From Macrostomum lignano (Eukaryota): a DNA stretch of 64,000 bases. This document shows, piece by piece, positions 1 to 13,027 of this stretch. The stretch covers positions 1 through 64,000 of the forward strand of contig NIVC01000978.1 in NCBI GenBank assembly GCA_002269645.1. Reading direction: 5' to 3'. Each line of letters begins with the position of its first letter. Position 1 is the stretch's first letter. A program made the position numbers and the translations under genes. Under the pieces are notes generated by a model. The model made no database searches. It worked only from the letters and a program-made list of their open reading frames with translations, and was not told the origin of the DNA.

Positions 1-3000
1 GATTCTTGGGTGAACCATCAGGGCTCGATTCTTGGGCGTGAACCATCAGGGCTCGATTCTTGGGGTGAACCATCAGGGCTCGATTCTTGGGTGAACCATC
101 AGGGCTCGATTCTTGGGGTGAACCATCAGGGCTCGATTCTTGGGTGAACCATCAGGGCTCGATTCTTGGGGTGAACCATCAGGGCTCGATTCTTGGGTGA
201 ACCATCAGGGCTCGATTCTTAGGGTGAACCATCAGGGCTCGATTCTTGGGTGAACCATCAGGGCTCGATTCTTGGGGTGAACCATCAGGGCTCGATTCTT
301 GGGTGAACCATCAGGGCTCGATTCTTGGGGTGAACCATCAGGGCTCGATTCTTGGGGTGAACCATCAGGGCTCGATTCTTGGGGTGAACCATCAGGGCTC
401 GATTCTTGGGGTGAACCATCAGGGCTCGATTCTTGGGGTGAACCATCAGGGCTCGATTCTTGGGTGAACCATCAGGGCTCGATTCTTGGGTGAACCATCA
501 GGGCTCGATTCTTGGGGTGAACCATCAGGGCTCGATTCTTAGGGTGAACCATCAGGGCTCGATTCTTGGGGTGAACCATCAGGGCTCGATTCTTGGGGTG
601 AACCATCAGGGCTCGATTCTTGGGGTGAACCATCAGGGCTCGATTCTTAGGGTGAACCATCAGGGCTCGATTCTTGGGGTGAACCATCAGGGCTCGATTC
701 TTGGGGTGAACCATCAGGGCTCGATTCTTGGGTGAACCATCAGGGCTCGATTCTTGGGGTGAACCATCAGGGCTCGATTCTTGGGGTGAACCATCAGGGC
801 TCGATTCTTGGGTGAACCATCAGGGCTCGATTCTTGGGGTGAACCATCAGGGCTCGATTCTTGGGTGAACCATCAGGGCTCGATTCTTGGGGTGAACCAT
901 CAGGGCTCGATTCTTGGGGTGAACCATCAGGGCTCGATTCTTGGGTGAACCATCAGGGCTCGATTCTTGGGGTGAACCATCAGGGCTCGATTCTTGGGTG
1001 AACCATCAGGGCTCGATTCTTGGGTGAACCATCAGGGCTCGATTCTTGGGGTGAACCATCAGGGCTCGATTCTTGGGTGAACCATCAGGGCTCGATTCTT
1101 GGGGTGAACCATCAGGGCTCGATTCTTGGGGTGAACCATCAGGGCTCGATTCTTGGGTGAACCATCAGGGCTCGATTCTTGGGGTGAACCATCAGGGCTC
1201 GATTCTTGGGGTGAACCATCAGGGCTCGATTCTTGGGGTGAACCATCAGGGCTCGATTCTTGGGGTGAACCATCAGGGCTCGATTCTTGGGGTGAACCAT
1301 CAGGGCTCGATTCTTCTTGGTGAACCATCAGGGCTCGATTCTTGGGGTGAACCATCAGGGCTCGATTCTTGGGGTGAACCATCAGGGCTCGATTCTTGGG
1401 GTGAACCATCAGGGCTCGATTCTTGGGTGAACCATCAGGGCTCGATTCTTGGGGTGAACCATCAGGGCTCGATTCTTGGGGTGAACCATCAGGGCTCGAT
1501 TCTTGGGGTGAACCATCAGGGCTCGATTCTTGTGGGTGAACCATCAGGGCTCGATTCTTGGGTGAACCATCAGGGCTCGATTCTTGGGTGAACCATCAGG
1601 GCTCGATTCTTGGGGTGAACCATCAGGGCTCGATTCTTGGGTGAACCATCAGGGCTCGATTCTTGGGGTGAACCATCAGGGCTCGATTCTTGGGGTGAAC
1701 CATCAGGGCTCGATTCTTGGGGTGAACCATCAGGGCTCGATTCTTGGGGTGAACCATCAGGGCTCGATTCTTGGGGTGAACCATCAGGGCTCGATTCTTG
1801 GGGTGAACCATCAGGGCTCGATTCTTGGGGTGAACCATCAGGGCTCGATTCTTGGGTGAACCATCAGGGCTCGATTCTTGGGTGAACCATCAGGGCTCGA
1901 TTCTTGGGGTGAACCATCAGGGCTCGATTCTTGGGGTGAACCATCAGGGCTCGATTCTTGGGGTGAACCATCAGGGCTCGATTCTTGGGGTGAACCATCA
2001 GGGCTCGATTCTTGGGGTGAACCATCAGGGCTCGATTCTTGGGGTGAACCATCAGGGCTCGATTCTTGGGGTGAACCATCAGGGCTCGATTCTTGGGTGA
2101 ACCATCAGGGCTCGATTCTTGGGGTGAACCATCAGGGCTCGATTCTTGGGGTGAACCATCAGGGCTCGATTCTTGGGGTGAACCATCAGGGCTCGATTCT
2201 TGGGTGAACCATCAGGGCTCGATTCTTGGGGTGAACCATCAGGGCTCGATTCTTGGGGTGAACCATCAGGGCTCGATTCTTGGGGTGAACCATCAGGGCT
2301 CGATTCTTGGGGTGAACCATCAGGGCTCGATTCTTGGGGTGAACCATCAGGGCTCGATTCTTGGGGTGAACCATCAGGGCTCGATTCTTGGGGTGAACCA
2401 TCAGGGCTCGATTCTTGGGGTGAACCATCAGGGCTCGATTCTTGGGGTGAACCATCAGGGCTCGATTCTTGGGGTGAACCATCAGGGCTCGATTCTTGGG
2501 TGAACCATCAGGGCTCGATTCTTGGGGTGAACCATCAGGGCTCGATTCTTGGGGTGAACCATCAGGGCTCGATTCTTGGGGTGAACCATCAGGGCTCGAT
2601 TCTTGGGGTGAACCATCAGGGCTCGATTCTTGGGGTGAACCATCAGGGCTCGATTCTTGGGGTGAACCATCAGGGCTCGATTCTTGGGGTGAACCATCAG
2701 GGCTCGATTCTTGGGGTGAACCATCAGGGCTCGATTCTTGGGGTGAACCATCAGGGCTCGATTCTTGGGGTGAACCATCAGGGCTCGATTCTTGGGGTGA
2801 ACCATCAGGGCTCGATTCTTGGGGTGAACCATCAGGGCTCGATTCTTGGGGTGAACCATCAGGGCTCGATTCTTGGGGTGAACCATCAGGGCTCGATTCT
2901 TGGGTGAACCATCAGGGCTCGATTCTTGGGTGAACCATCAGGGCTCGATTCTTGGGGTGAACCATCAGGGCTCGATTCTTGGGGTGAACCATCAGGGCTC

Positions 3001-6000
3001 GATTCTTGGGGTGAACCATCAGGGCTCGATTCTTGGGTGAACCATCAGGGCTCGATTCTTGGGTGAACCATCAGGGCTCGATTCTTGGGGTGAACCATCA
3101 GGGCTCGATTCTTGGGGTGAACCATCAGGGCTCGATTCTTGGGGTGAACCATCAGGGCTCGATTCTTGGGGTGAACCATCAGGGCTCGATTCTTGGGGTG
3201 AACCATCAGGGCTCGATTCTTGGGGTGAACCATCAGGGCTCGATTCTTGGGGTGAACCATCAGGGCTCGATTCTTGGGGTGAACCATCAGGGCTCGATTC
3301 TTGGGGTGAACCATCAGGGCTCGATTCTTGGGGTGAACCATCAGGGCTCGATTCTTGGGGTGAACCATCAGGGCTCGATTCTTGGGGTGAACCATCAGGG
3401 CTCGATTCTTGGGGTGAACCATCAGGGCTCGATTCTTGGGGTGAACCATCAGGGCTCGATTCTTGGGGTGAACCATCAGGGCTCGATTCTTGGGGTGAAC
3501 CATCAGGGCTCGATTCTTGGGTGAACCATCAGGGCTCGATTCTTGGGGTGAACCATCAGGGCTCGATTCTTGGGTGAACCATCAGGGCTCGATTCTTGGG
3601 GTGAACCATCAGGGCTCGATTCTTGGGGTGAACCATCAGGGCTCGATTCTTAGGGTGAACCATCAGGGCTCGATTCTTGGGGTGAACCATCAGGGCTCGA
3701 TTCTTAGGGTGAACCATCAGGGCTCGATTCTTAGGGTGAACCATCAGGGCTCGATTCTTGGGGTGAACCATCAGGGCTCGATTCTTAGGGTGAACCATCA
3801 GGGCTCGATTCTTGGGGTGAACCATCAGGGCTCGATTCTTGGGGTGAACCATCAGGGCTCGATTCTTGGGTGAACCATCAGGGCTCGATTCTTGGGGTGA
3901 ACCATCAGGGCTCGATTCTTGGGGTGAACCATCAGGGCTCGATTCTTGGGGTGAACCATCAGGGCTCGATTCTTGGGTGAACCATCAGGGCTCGATTCTT
4001 GGGGTGAACCATCAGGGCTCGATTCTTGGGGTGAACCATCAGGGCTCGATTCTTGGGGTGAACCATCAGGGCTCGATTCTTGGGGTGAACCATCAGGGCT
4101 CGATTCTTGGGGTGAACCATCAGGGCTCGATTCTTGGGGTGAACCATCAGGGCTCGATTCTTAGGGTGAACCATCAGGGCTCGATTCTTGGGGTGAACCA
4201 TCAGGGCTCGATTCTTAGGGTGAACCATCAGGGCTCGATTCTTGGGGTGAACCATCAGGGCTCGATTCTTGGGGTGAACCATCAGGGCTCGATTCTTGGG
4301 GTGAACCATCAGGGCTCGATTCTTGGGTGAACCATCAGGGCTCGATTCTTGGGTGAACCATCAGGGCTCGATTCTTGGGGTGAACCATCAGGGCTCGATT
4401 CTTGGGGTGAACCATCAGGGCTCGATTCTTGGGGTGAACCATCAGGGCTCGATTCTTGGGGTGAACCATCAGGGCTCGATTCTTGGGGTGAACCATCAGG
4501 GCTCGATTCTTGGGTGAACCATCAGGGCTCGATTCTTGGGGTGAACCATCAGGGCTCGATTCTTGGGGTGAACCATCAGGGCTCGATTCTTGGGGTGAAC
4601 CATCAGGGCTCGATTCTTGGGGTGAACCATCAGGGCTCGATTCTTGGGGTGAACCATCAGGGCTCGATTCTTGGGGTGAACCATCAGGGCTCGATTCTTG
4701 GGGTGAACCATCAGGGCTCGATTCTTGGGGTGAACCATCAGGGCTCGATTCTTGGGGTGAACCATCAGGGCTCGATTCTTGGGGTGAACCATCAGGGCTC
4801 GATTCTTGGGGTGAACCATCAGGGCTCGATTCTTGGGGTGAACCATCAGGGCTCGATTCTTGGGTGAACCATCAGGGCTCGATTCTTGGGGTGAACCATC
4901 AGGGCTCGATTCTTGGGGTGAACCATCAGGGCTCGATTCTTGGGGTGAACCATCAGGGCTCGATTCTTGGGGTGAACCATCAGGCTCGATTCTTGGGGTG
5001 AACCATCAGGGCTCGATTCTTGGGGTGAACCATCAGGGCTCGATTCTTGGGGTGAACCATCAGGGCTCGATTCTTGGGTGAACCATCAGGGCTCGATTCT
5101 TGGGTGAACCATCAGGGCTCGATTCTTGGGTGAACCATCAGGGCTCGATTCTTGGGTGAACCATCAGGGCTCGATTCTTGGGGTGAACCATCAGGGCTCG
5201 ATTCTTGGGTGAACCATCAGGGCTCGATTCTTGGGTGAACCATCAGGGCTCGATTCTTGGGTGAACCATCAGGGCTCGATTCTTGGGGTGAACCATCAGG
5301 GCTCGATTCTTGGGTGAACCATCAGGGCTCGATTCTTGGGTGAACCATCAGGGCTCGATTCTTGGGGTGAACCATCAGGGCTCGATTCTTGGGGTGAACC
5401 ATCAGGGCTCGATTCTTGGGTGAACCATCAGGGCTCGATTCTTGGGTGAACCATCAGGGCTCGATTCTTGGGGTGAACCATCAGGGCTCGATTCTTGGGG
5501 TGAACCATCAGGGCTCGATTCTTGGGGTGAACCATCAGGGCTCGATTCTTGGGGTGAACCATCAGGGCTCGATTCTTGGGGTGAACCATCAGGGCTCGAT
5601 TCTTGGGTGAACCATCAGGGCTCGATTCTTGGGGTGAACCATCAGGGCTCGATTCTTGGGGTGAACCATCAGGGCTCGATTCTTGGGGTGAACCATCAGG
5701 GCTCGATTCTTGGGGTGAACCATCAGGGCTCGATTCTTGGGGTGAACCATCAGGGCTCGATTCTTGGGGTGAACCATCAGGGCTCGATTCTTGGGTGAAC
5801 CATCAGGGCTCGATTCTTGGGGTGAACCATCAGGGCTCGATTCTTGGGGTGAACCATCAGGGCTCGATTCTTGGGGTGAACCATCAGGGCTCGATTCTTG
5901 GGTGAACCATCAGGGCTCGATTCTTGGGGTGAACCATCAGGGCTCGATTCTTGGGGTGAACCATCAGGGCTCGATTCTTGGGGTGAACCATCAGGGCTCG

Positions 6001-9000
6001 ATTCTTGGGGTGAACCATCAGGGCTCGATTCTTGGGGTGAACCATCAGGGCTCGATTCTTGGGTGAACCATCAGGGCTCGATTCTTGGGGTGAACCATCA
6101 GGGCTCGATTCTTGGGTGAACCATCAGGGCTCGATTCTTGGGGTGAACCATCAGGGCTCGATTCTTGGGTGAACCATCAGGGCTCGATTCTTGGGTGAAC
6201 CATCAGGGCTCGATTCTTGGGGTGAACCATCAGGGCTCGATTCTTGGGTGAACCATCAGGGCTCGATTCTTGGGTGAACCATCAGGGCTCGATTCTTGGG
6301 GTGAACCATCAGGGCTCGATTCTTGGGGTGAACCATCAGGGCTCGATTCTTGGGGTGAACCATCAGGGCTCGATTCTTGGGGTGAACCATCAGGGCTCGA
6401 TTCTTGGGTGAACCATCAGGGCTCGATTCTTGGGGTGAACCATCAGGGCTCGATTCTTGGGGTGAACCATCAGGGCTCGATTCTTGGGGTGAACCATCAG
6501 GGCTCGATTCTTGGGTGAACCATCAGGGCTCGATTCTTGGGTGAACCATCAGGGCTCGATTCTTGGGTGAACCATCAGGGCTCGATTCTTGGGGTGAACC
6601 ATCAGGGCTCGATTCTTGGGGTGAACCATCAGGGCTCGATTCTTGGGGTGAACCATCAGGGCTCGATTCTTGGGGTGAACCATCAGGGCTCGATTCTTGG
6701 GGTGAACCATCAGGGCTCGATTCTTGGGTGAACCATCAGGGCTCGATTCTTGGGGTGAACCATCAGGGCTCGATTCTTGGGGTGAACCATCAGGGCTCGA
6801 TTCTTGGGGTGAACCATCAGGGCTCGATTCTTGGGTGAACCATCAGGGCTCGATTCTTGGGGTGAACCATCAGGGCTCGATTCTTGGGGTGAACCATCAG
6901 GGCTCGATTCTTGGGTGAACCATCAGGGCTCGATTCTTGGGGTGAACCATCAGGGCTCGATTCTTGGGGTGAACCATCAGGGCTCGATTCTTGGGGTGAA
7001 CCATCAGGGCTCGATTCTTGGGTGAACCATCAGGGCTCGATTCTTGGGTGAACCATCAGGGCTCGATTCTTGGGTGAACCATCAGGGCTCGATTCTTGGG
7101 GTGAACCATCAGGGCTCGATTCTTGGGGTGAACCATCAGGGCTCGATTCTTGGGGTGAACCATCAGGGCTCGATTCTTGGGGTGAACCATCAGGGCTCGA
7201 TTCTTGGGGTGAACCATCAGGGCTCGATTCTTGGGTGAACCATCAGGGCTCGATTCTTGGGGTGAACCATCAGGGCTCGATTCTTGGGGTGAACCATCAG
7301 GGCTCGATTCTTGGGTGAACCATCAGGGCTCGATTCTTGGGGTGAACCATCAGGGCTCGATTCTTGGGGTGAACCATCAGGGCTCGATTCTTGGGTGAAC
7401 CATCAGGGCTCGATTCTTGGGGTGAACCATCAGGGCTCGATTCTTGGGTGAACCATCAGGGCTCGATTCTTGGGTGAACCATCAGGGCTCGATTCTTGGG
7501 TGAACCATCAGGGCTCGATTCTTGGGGTGAACCATCAGGGCTCGATTCTTGGGTGAACCATCAGGGCTCGATTCTTGGGGTGAACCATCAGGGCTCGATT
7601 CTTGGGGTGAACCATCAGGGCTCGATTCTTGGGTGAACCATCAGGGCTCGATTCTTGGGTGAACCATCAGGGCTCGATTCTTGGGTGAACCATCAGGGCT
7701 CGATTCTTGGGTGAACCATCAGGGCTCGATTCTTGGGGTGAACCATCAGGGCTCGATTCTTGGGTGAACCATCAGGGCTCGATTCTTGGGGTGAACCATC
7801 AGGGCTCGATTCTTGGGGTGAACCATCAGGGCTCGATTCTTGGGGTGAACCATCAGGGCTCGATTCTTGGGGTGAACCATCAGGGCTCGATTCTTGGGGT
7901 GAACCATCAGGGCTCGATTCTTGGGGTGAACCATCAGGGCTCGATTCTTGGGGTGAACCATCAGGGCTCGATTCTTGGGTGAACCATCAGGGCTCGATTC
8001 TTGGGTGAACCATCAGGGCTCGATTCTTGGGGTGAACCATCAGGGCTCGATTCTTGGGGTGAACCATCAGGGCTCGATTCTTGGGTGAACCATCAGGGCT
8101 CGATTCTTGGGTGAACCATCAGGGCTCGATTCTTGGGGTGAACCATCAGGGCTCGATTCTTGGGGTGAACCATCAGGGCTCGATTCTTGGGGTGAACCAT
8201 CAGGGCTCGATTCTTGGGTGAACCATCAGGGCTCGATTCTTGGGTGAACCATCAGGGCTCGATTCTTGGGGTGAACCATCAGGGCTCGATTCTTGGGTGA
8301 ACCATCAGGGCTCGATTCTTGGGGTGAACCATCAGGGCTCGATTCTTGGGGTGAACCATCAGGGCTCGATTCTTGGGGTGAACCATCAGGGCTCGATTCT
8401 TGGGGTGAACCATCAGGGCTCGATTCTTGGGTGAACCATCAGGGCTCGATTCTTGGGGTGAACCATCAGGGCTCGATTCTTGGGTGAACCATCAGGGCTC
8501 GATTCTTGGGTGAACCATCAGGGCTCGATTCTTGGGGTGAACCATCAGGGCTCGATTCTTGGGGTGAACCATCAGGGCTCGATTCTTGGGGTGAACCATC
8601 AGGGCTCGATTCTTGGGTGAACCATCAGGGCTCGATTCTTGGGGTGAACCATCAGGGCTCGATTCTTGGGGTGAACCATCAGGGCTCGATTCTTGGGGTG
8701 AACCATCAGGGCTCGATTCTTGGGGTGAACCATCAGGGCTCGATTCTTGGGGTGAACCATCAGGGCTCGATTCTTGGGTGAACCATCAGGGCTCGATTCT
8801 TGGGGTGAACCATCAGGGCTCGATTCTTGGGGTGAACCATCAGGGCTCGATTCTTGGGGTGAACCATCAGGGCTCGATTCTTGGGTGAACCATCAGGGCT
8901 CGATTCTTGGGGTGAACCATCAGGGCTCGATTCTTGGGGTGAACCATCAGGGCTCGATTCTTGGGTGAACCATCAGGGCTCGATTCTTGGGTGAACCATC

Positions 9001-10618
9001 AGGGCTCGATTCTTGGGGTGAACCATCAGGGCTCGATTCTTGGGGTGAACCATCAGGGCTCGATTCTTGGGGTGAACCATCAGGGCTCGATTCTTGGGGT
9101 GAACCATCAGGGCTCGATTCTTGGGGTGAACCATCAGGGCTCGATTCTTGGGTGAACCATCAGGGCTCGATTCTTGGGGTGAACCATCAGGGCTCGATTC
9201 TTGGGGTGAACCATCAGGGCTCGATTCTTGGGGTGAACCATCAGGGCTCGATTCTTGGGGTGAACCATCAGGGCTCGATTCTTGGGTGAACCATCAGGGC
9301 TCGATTCTTGGGGTGAACCATCAGGGCTCGATTCTTGGGTGAACCATCAGGGCTCGATTCTTGGGGTGAACCATCAGGGCTCGATTCTTGGGGTGAACCA
9401 TCAGGGCTCGATTCTTGGGGTGAACCATCAGGGCTCGATTCTTGGGGTGAACCATCAGGGCTCGATTCTTGGGGTGAACCATCAGGGCTCGATTCTTGGG
9501 GTGAACCATCAGGGCTCGATTCTTGGGGTGAACCATCAGGGCTCGATTCTTGGGGTGAACCATCAGGGCTCGATTCTTGGGGTGAACCATCAGGGCTCGA
9601 TTCTTGGGGTGAACCATCAGGGCTCGATTCTTGGGGTGAACCATCAGGGCTCGATTCTTGGGGTGAACCATCAGGGCTCGATTCTTGGGGTGAACCATCA
9701 GGGCTCGATTCTTGGGGTGAACCATCAGGGCTCGATTCTTGGGGTGAACCATCAGGGCTCGATTCTTGGGGTGAACCATCAGGGCTCGATTCTTGGGGTG
9801 AACCATCAGGGCTCGATTCTTGGGGTGAACCATCAGGGCTCGATTCTTGGGTGAACCATCAGGGCTCGATTCTTGGGGTGAACCATCAGGGCTCGATTCT
9901 TGGGTGAACCATCAGGGCTCGATTCTTGGGGTGAACCATCAGGGCTCGATTCTTGGGGTGAACCATCAGGGCTCGATTCTTGGGGTGAACCATCAGGGCT
10001 CGATTCTTGGGGTGAACCATCAGGGCTCGATTCTTGGGTGAACCATCAGGGCTCGATTCTTGGGGTGAACCATCAGGGCTCGATTCTTGGGGTGAACCAT
10101 CAGGGCTCGATTCTTGGGTGAACCATCAGGGCTCGATTCTTGGGTGAACCATCAGGGCTCGATTCTTGGGGTGAACCATCAGGGCTCGATTCTTGGGGTG
10201 AACCATCAGGGCTCGATTCTTGGGGTGAACCATCAGGGCTCGATTCTTGGGGTGAACCATCAGGGCTCGATTCTTGGGTGAACCATCAGGGCTCGATTCT
10301 TGGGTGAACCATCAGGGCTCGATTCTTGGGGTGAACCATCAGGGCTCGATTCTTGGGTGAACCATCAGGGCTCGATTCTTGGGTGAACCATCAGGGCTCG
10401 ATTCTTGGGTGAACCATCAGGGCTCGATTCTTGGGGTGAACCATCAGGGCTCGATTCTTGGGGTGAACCATCAGGGCTCGATTCTTGGGGTGAACCATCA
10501 GGGCTCGATTCTTGGGGTGAACCATCAGGGCTCGATTCTTGGGGTGAACCATCAGGGCTCGATTCTTGGGGTGAACCATCAGGGCTCGATTCTTGGGGTG
10601 AACCATCAGGGCTCGATT
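1..10618. repeat. 27-bp (26/27) tandem satellite GTGAACCATCAGGGCTCGATTCTTGGG, roughly 400 copies, continues off the left edge
   Basis: Directly visible. Units differ almost only in G3 vs G4 run length, with occasional TTAGGG variants. Confidence 0.98.
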
Positions 10619-12891
10619 GTTGGCGTGAGCCAGTGCCCGATTGTTGGCGTGAGCCAGTGCCCGATTGTTGGCGTGAGCTAGTGCCCGATTGTTGGCGTGA
10701 GCCAGTGCCCGATTGTTGGCGTGAGCTAGTGCCCGATTGTTGGCGTGACCCAGTGCCCGATTCTTTGGGTGAGCCAGTGCCCGATTGTTGGCGTGAGCCA
10801 GTGCCCGATTGTTGGCGTGACCCAGTGCCCGATTCTTGGGGTGACCCAGTGCCCGATTGTTGGCGTGAGCCAGTGCCCGATTGTTGGCGTGAGCCAGTGC
10901 CCGATTGTTGGCGTGACCCAGTGCCCGATTCTTTGGGTGAGCCAGTGCCCGATTGTTGGCGTAGGCCAGTGCCCGATTGTTGGCGTGACCCAGTGCCCGA
11001 TTCTTTGGGTGAGCCAGTGCCCGATTGTTGGCGTGAGCCAGTGCCCGATTGTTGGCGTGACCCAGTGCCCGATTATTTGGGTGAGCCAGTGCCCGATTGT
11101 TGGCGTGAGCCAGTGCCCGATTGTTGGCGTGAGCCAGTGCCTGATTGTTGGCGTGAGCCAGTGCCCGATTGTTGGCGTGAGCCAGTGCCCGATTGTTGGC
11201 GTGAGCCAGTGCCCGATTGTTGGCGTGAGCCAGTGCCCGATTGTTGGCGTGAGCCAGTGCCCGATTGTTGGCGTGAGCCAGTGCCCGATTGTTGGCGTGA
11301 GCCAGTGCCCGATTGTTGGCGTGAGCCAGTGCCCGATTGTTTGCGTGAGCCAGTGCCCGATTGTTGGCGTGAGCCAGTGCCCGATTGTTTGCGTGAGCCA
11401 GTGCCCGATTGTTGGCGTGAGCCAGTGCCCGATTGTTGGCGTGAGCCAGTGCCCGATTGTTGGCGTGACCCAGTGCCCGATTGTTGGCGTGAGCCAGTGC
11501 CCGATTGTTGGCGTGAGCCAGTGCCCGATTGTTGGCGTGAGCCAGTGCCCGATTGTTGGCGTGAGCCAGTGCCCGATTGTTGGCGTGAGCCAGTGCCCGA
11601 TTGTTGCGTGAGCCAGTGCCCGATTGTTGGCGTGAGCCAGTGCCCGATTGTTGGCGTGAGCCAGTGCCCGATTGTTGGCGTGAGCAGTGCCCGATTGTTG
11701 GCGTGAGCCAGTGCCCGATTGTTGGCGTGAGCCAGTGCCCGATTGTTGGCGTGACCCAGTGCCCGATTCTTGGGGTGAGCCAGTGCCCGATTGTTGGCGT
11801 GAGCCAGTGCCCGATTGTTGGCGTGAGCCAGTGCCCGATTGTTTGCGTGAGCCAGTGCCCGATTGTTGGCGTGAGCCAGTGCCCGATTGTTGGCGTGAGC
11901 CAGTGCCCGATTGTTGGCGTGAGCCAGTGCCCGATTGTTGGCGTGACCAGTGCCCGATTGTTGGCGTGAGCCAGTGCCCGATTGTTGGCGTGAGCCAGTG
12001 CCCGATTGTTGGCGTGAGCCAGTGCCCGATTGTTGGCGTGAGCCAGTGCCCGATTGTTGGCGTGAGCCAGTGCCCGATTGTTGGCGTGAGCTAGTGCCCG
12101 ATTGTTGGCGTGAGCCAGTGCCCGATTGTTGGCGTGAGCTAGTGCCCGATTGTTGGCGTGAGCCAGTGCCCGATTGTTGGCGTGAGCCAGTGCCCGATTG
12201 TTGGCGTGAGCCGGTGCCCGATTGTTGGCGTGACCCAGTGCCCGATTGTTGGCGTGAGCTAGTGCCCGATTGTTGGCGTGAGCCAGTGCCCGATTGTTGG
12301 CGTGAGCCAGTGCCCGATTGTTGGCGTGAGCCAGTGCCCGATTGTTGGCGTGAGCCAGTGCCCGATTGTTGGCGTGAGCCAGTGCCCGATTGTTTGCGTG
12401 AGCCAGTGCCCGATTGTTGGCGTGAGCCAGTGCCCGATTGTTGGCGTGAGCCAGTGCCCGATTGTTGGCGTGAGCCAGTGCCCGATTGTTGGCGTGAGCC
12501 AGTGCCCGATTGTTGGCGTGAGCCAGTGCCCGATTGTTGGCGTGAGCCAGTGCCCGATTCTTTGGGTGAGCCAGTGCCCGATTGTTGGCGTGAGCCAGTG
12601 CCCGATTGTTGGCGTGAGCCAGTGCCCGATTGTTGGCGTGAGCCAGTGCCCGATTGTTGGCGTGAGCCAGTGCCCGATTGTTGGCGTGAGCCAGTGCCCG
12701 ATTGTTGGCGTGAGCCAGTGCCCGATTTTTGGCGTGAGCCAGTGCCCGATTGTTGGCGTGAGCCAGTGCCCGATTGTTGGCGTGAGCCAGTGCCCGATTG
12801 TTGGCGTGAGCCAGTGCCCGATTGTTGGCGTGAGCCAGTGCCCGATTGTTGGCGTGAGCCAGTGCCCGATTTTTGGCGTGAGCCAGTGCCC
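10619..12891. repeat. 24-bp tandem satellite GTGAGCCAGTGCCCGATTGTTGGC, roughly 95 copies, related to the 27-mer
   Basis: Directly visible. Aligns to the 27-mer with a 3-nt (CAT) deletion plus substitutions; hybrid units such as GTGACCCAGTGCCCGATTCTTGGG occur. Confidence 0.97.
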
Positions 12892-13027
12892 CAGCCAGGG
12901 CTCTATGATCCGCGGCACTCCGACAATAACAGAATGCGGCAGCGTCGTTATCACCTGCAATAGGTACCACGACGATCAGACGTACGACGCTTCGAGTATT
13001 TACCTAAAAAATTGAGCATATCTAACA
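12892..13027 (+). pseudogene. Ly6/three-finger-like exon 2 remnant (paralog C) with in-frame TGA, fused to the satellite
   Basis: Reads SQGSMIRGTPTITECGSVVITCNRYHDDQTYDASSIYLKN*AYLT, matching B1 exon 2 (LRGTPTVVECGSAVTTC). There are 23 codons from Cys3 to a phase-0 donor, as in genes A and B. The donor/intron start GTGAGTACTAAGCACATGAGCTGA (13028) matches B intron 2 GTGAGTAGTAAATGCATGAGCTGA. No recognisable exon 3 follows the candidate acceptor at 13120. Confidence 0.8.

Noticed and set aside
220-4220. Telomeric TTAGGG
   Set aside because: Single hexamers arising as G-to-A variants of the satellite unit; never tandem.
246-12970. Dozens of ORFs (GEPSGLDSW, VNHQGSILG, MVHPKNRAL, AHANNRAL repeats)
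   Set aside because: These are translations of stop-free satellite frames, most with non-ATG starts. Only the plus-frame junction with the Ly6-like exon is informative.
13013-13015. TGA as selenocysteine
   Set aside because: The position is not a Cys in the paralogs, no SECIS was recognised, and exon 3 is missing.
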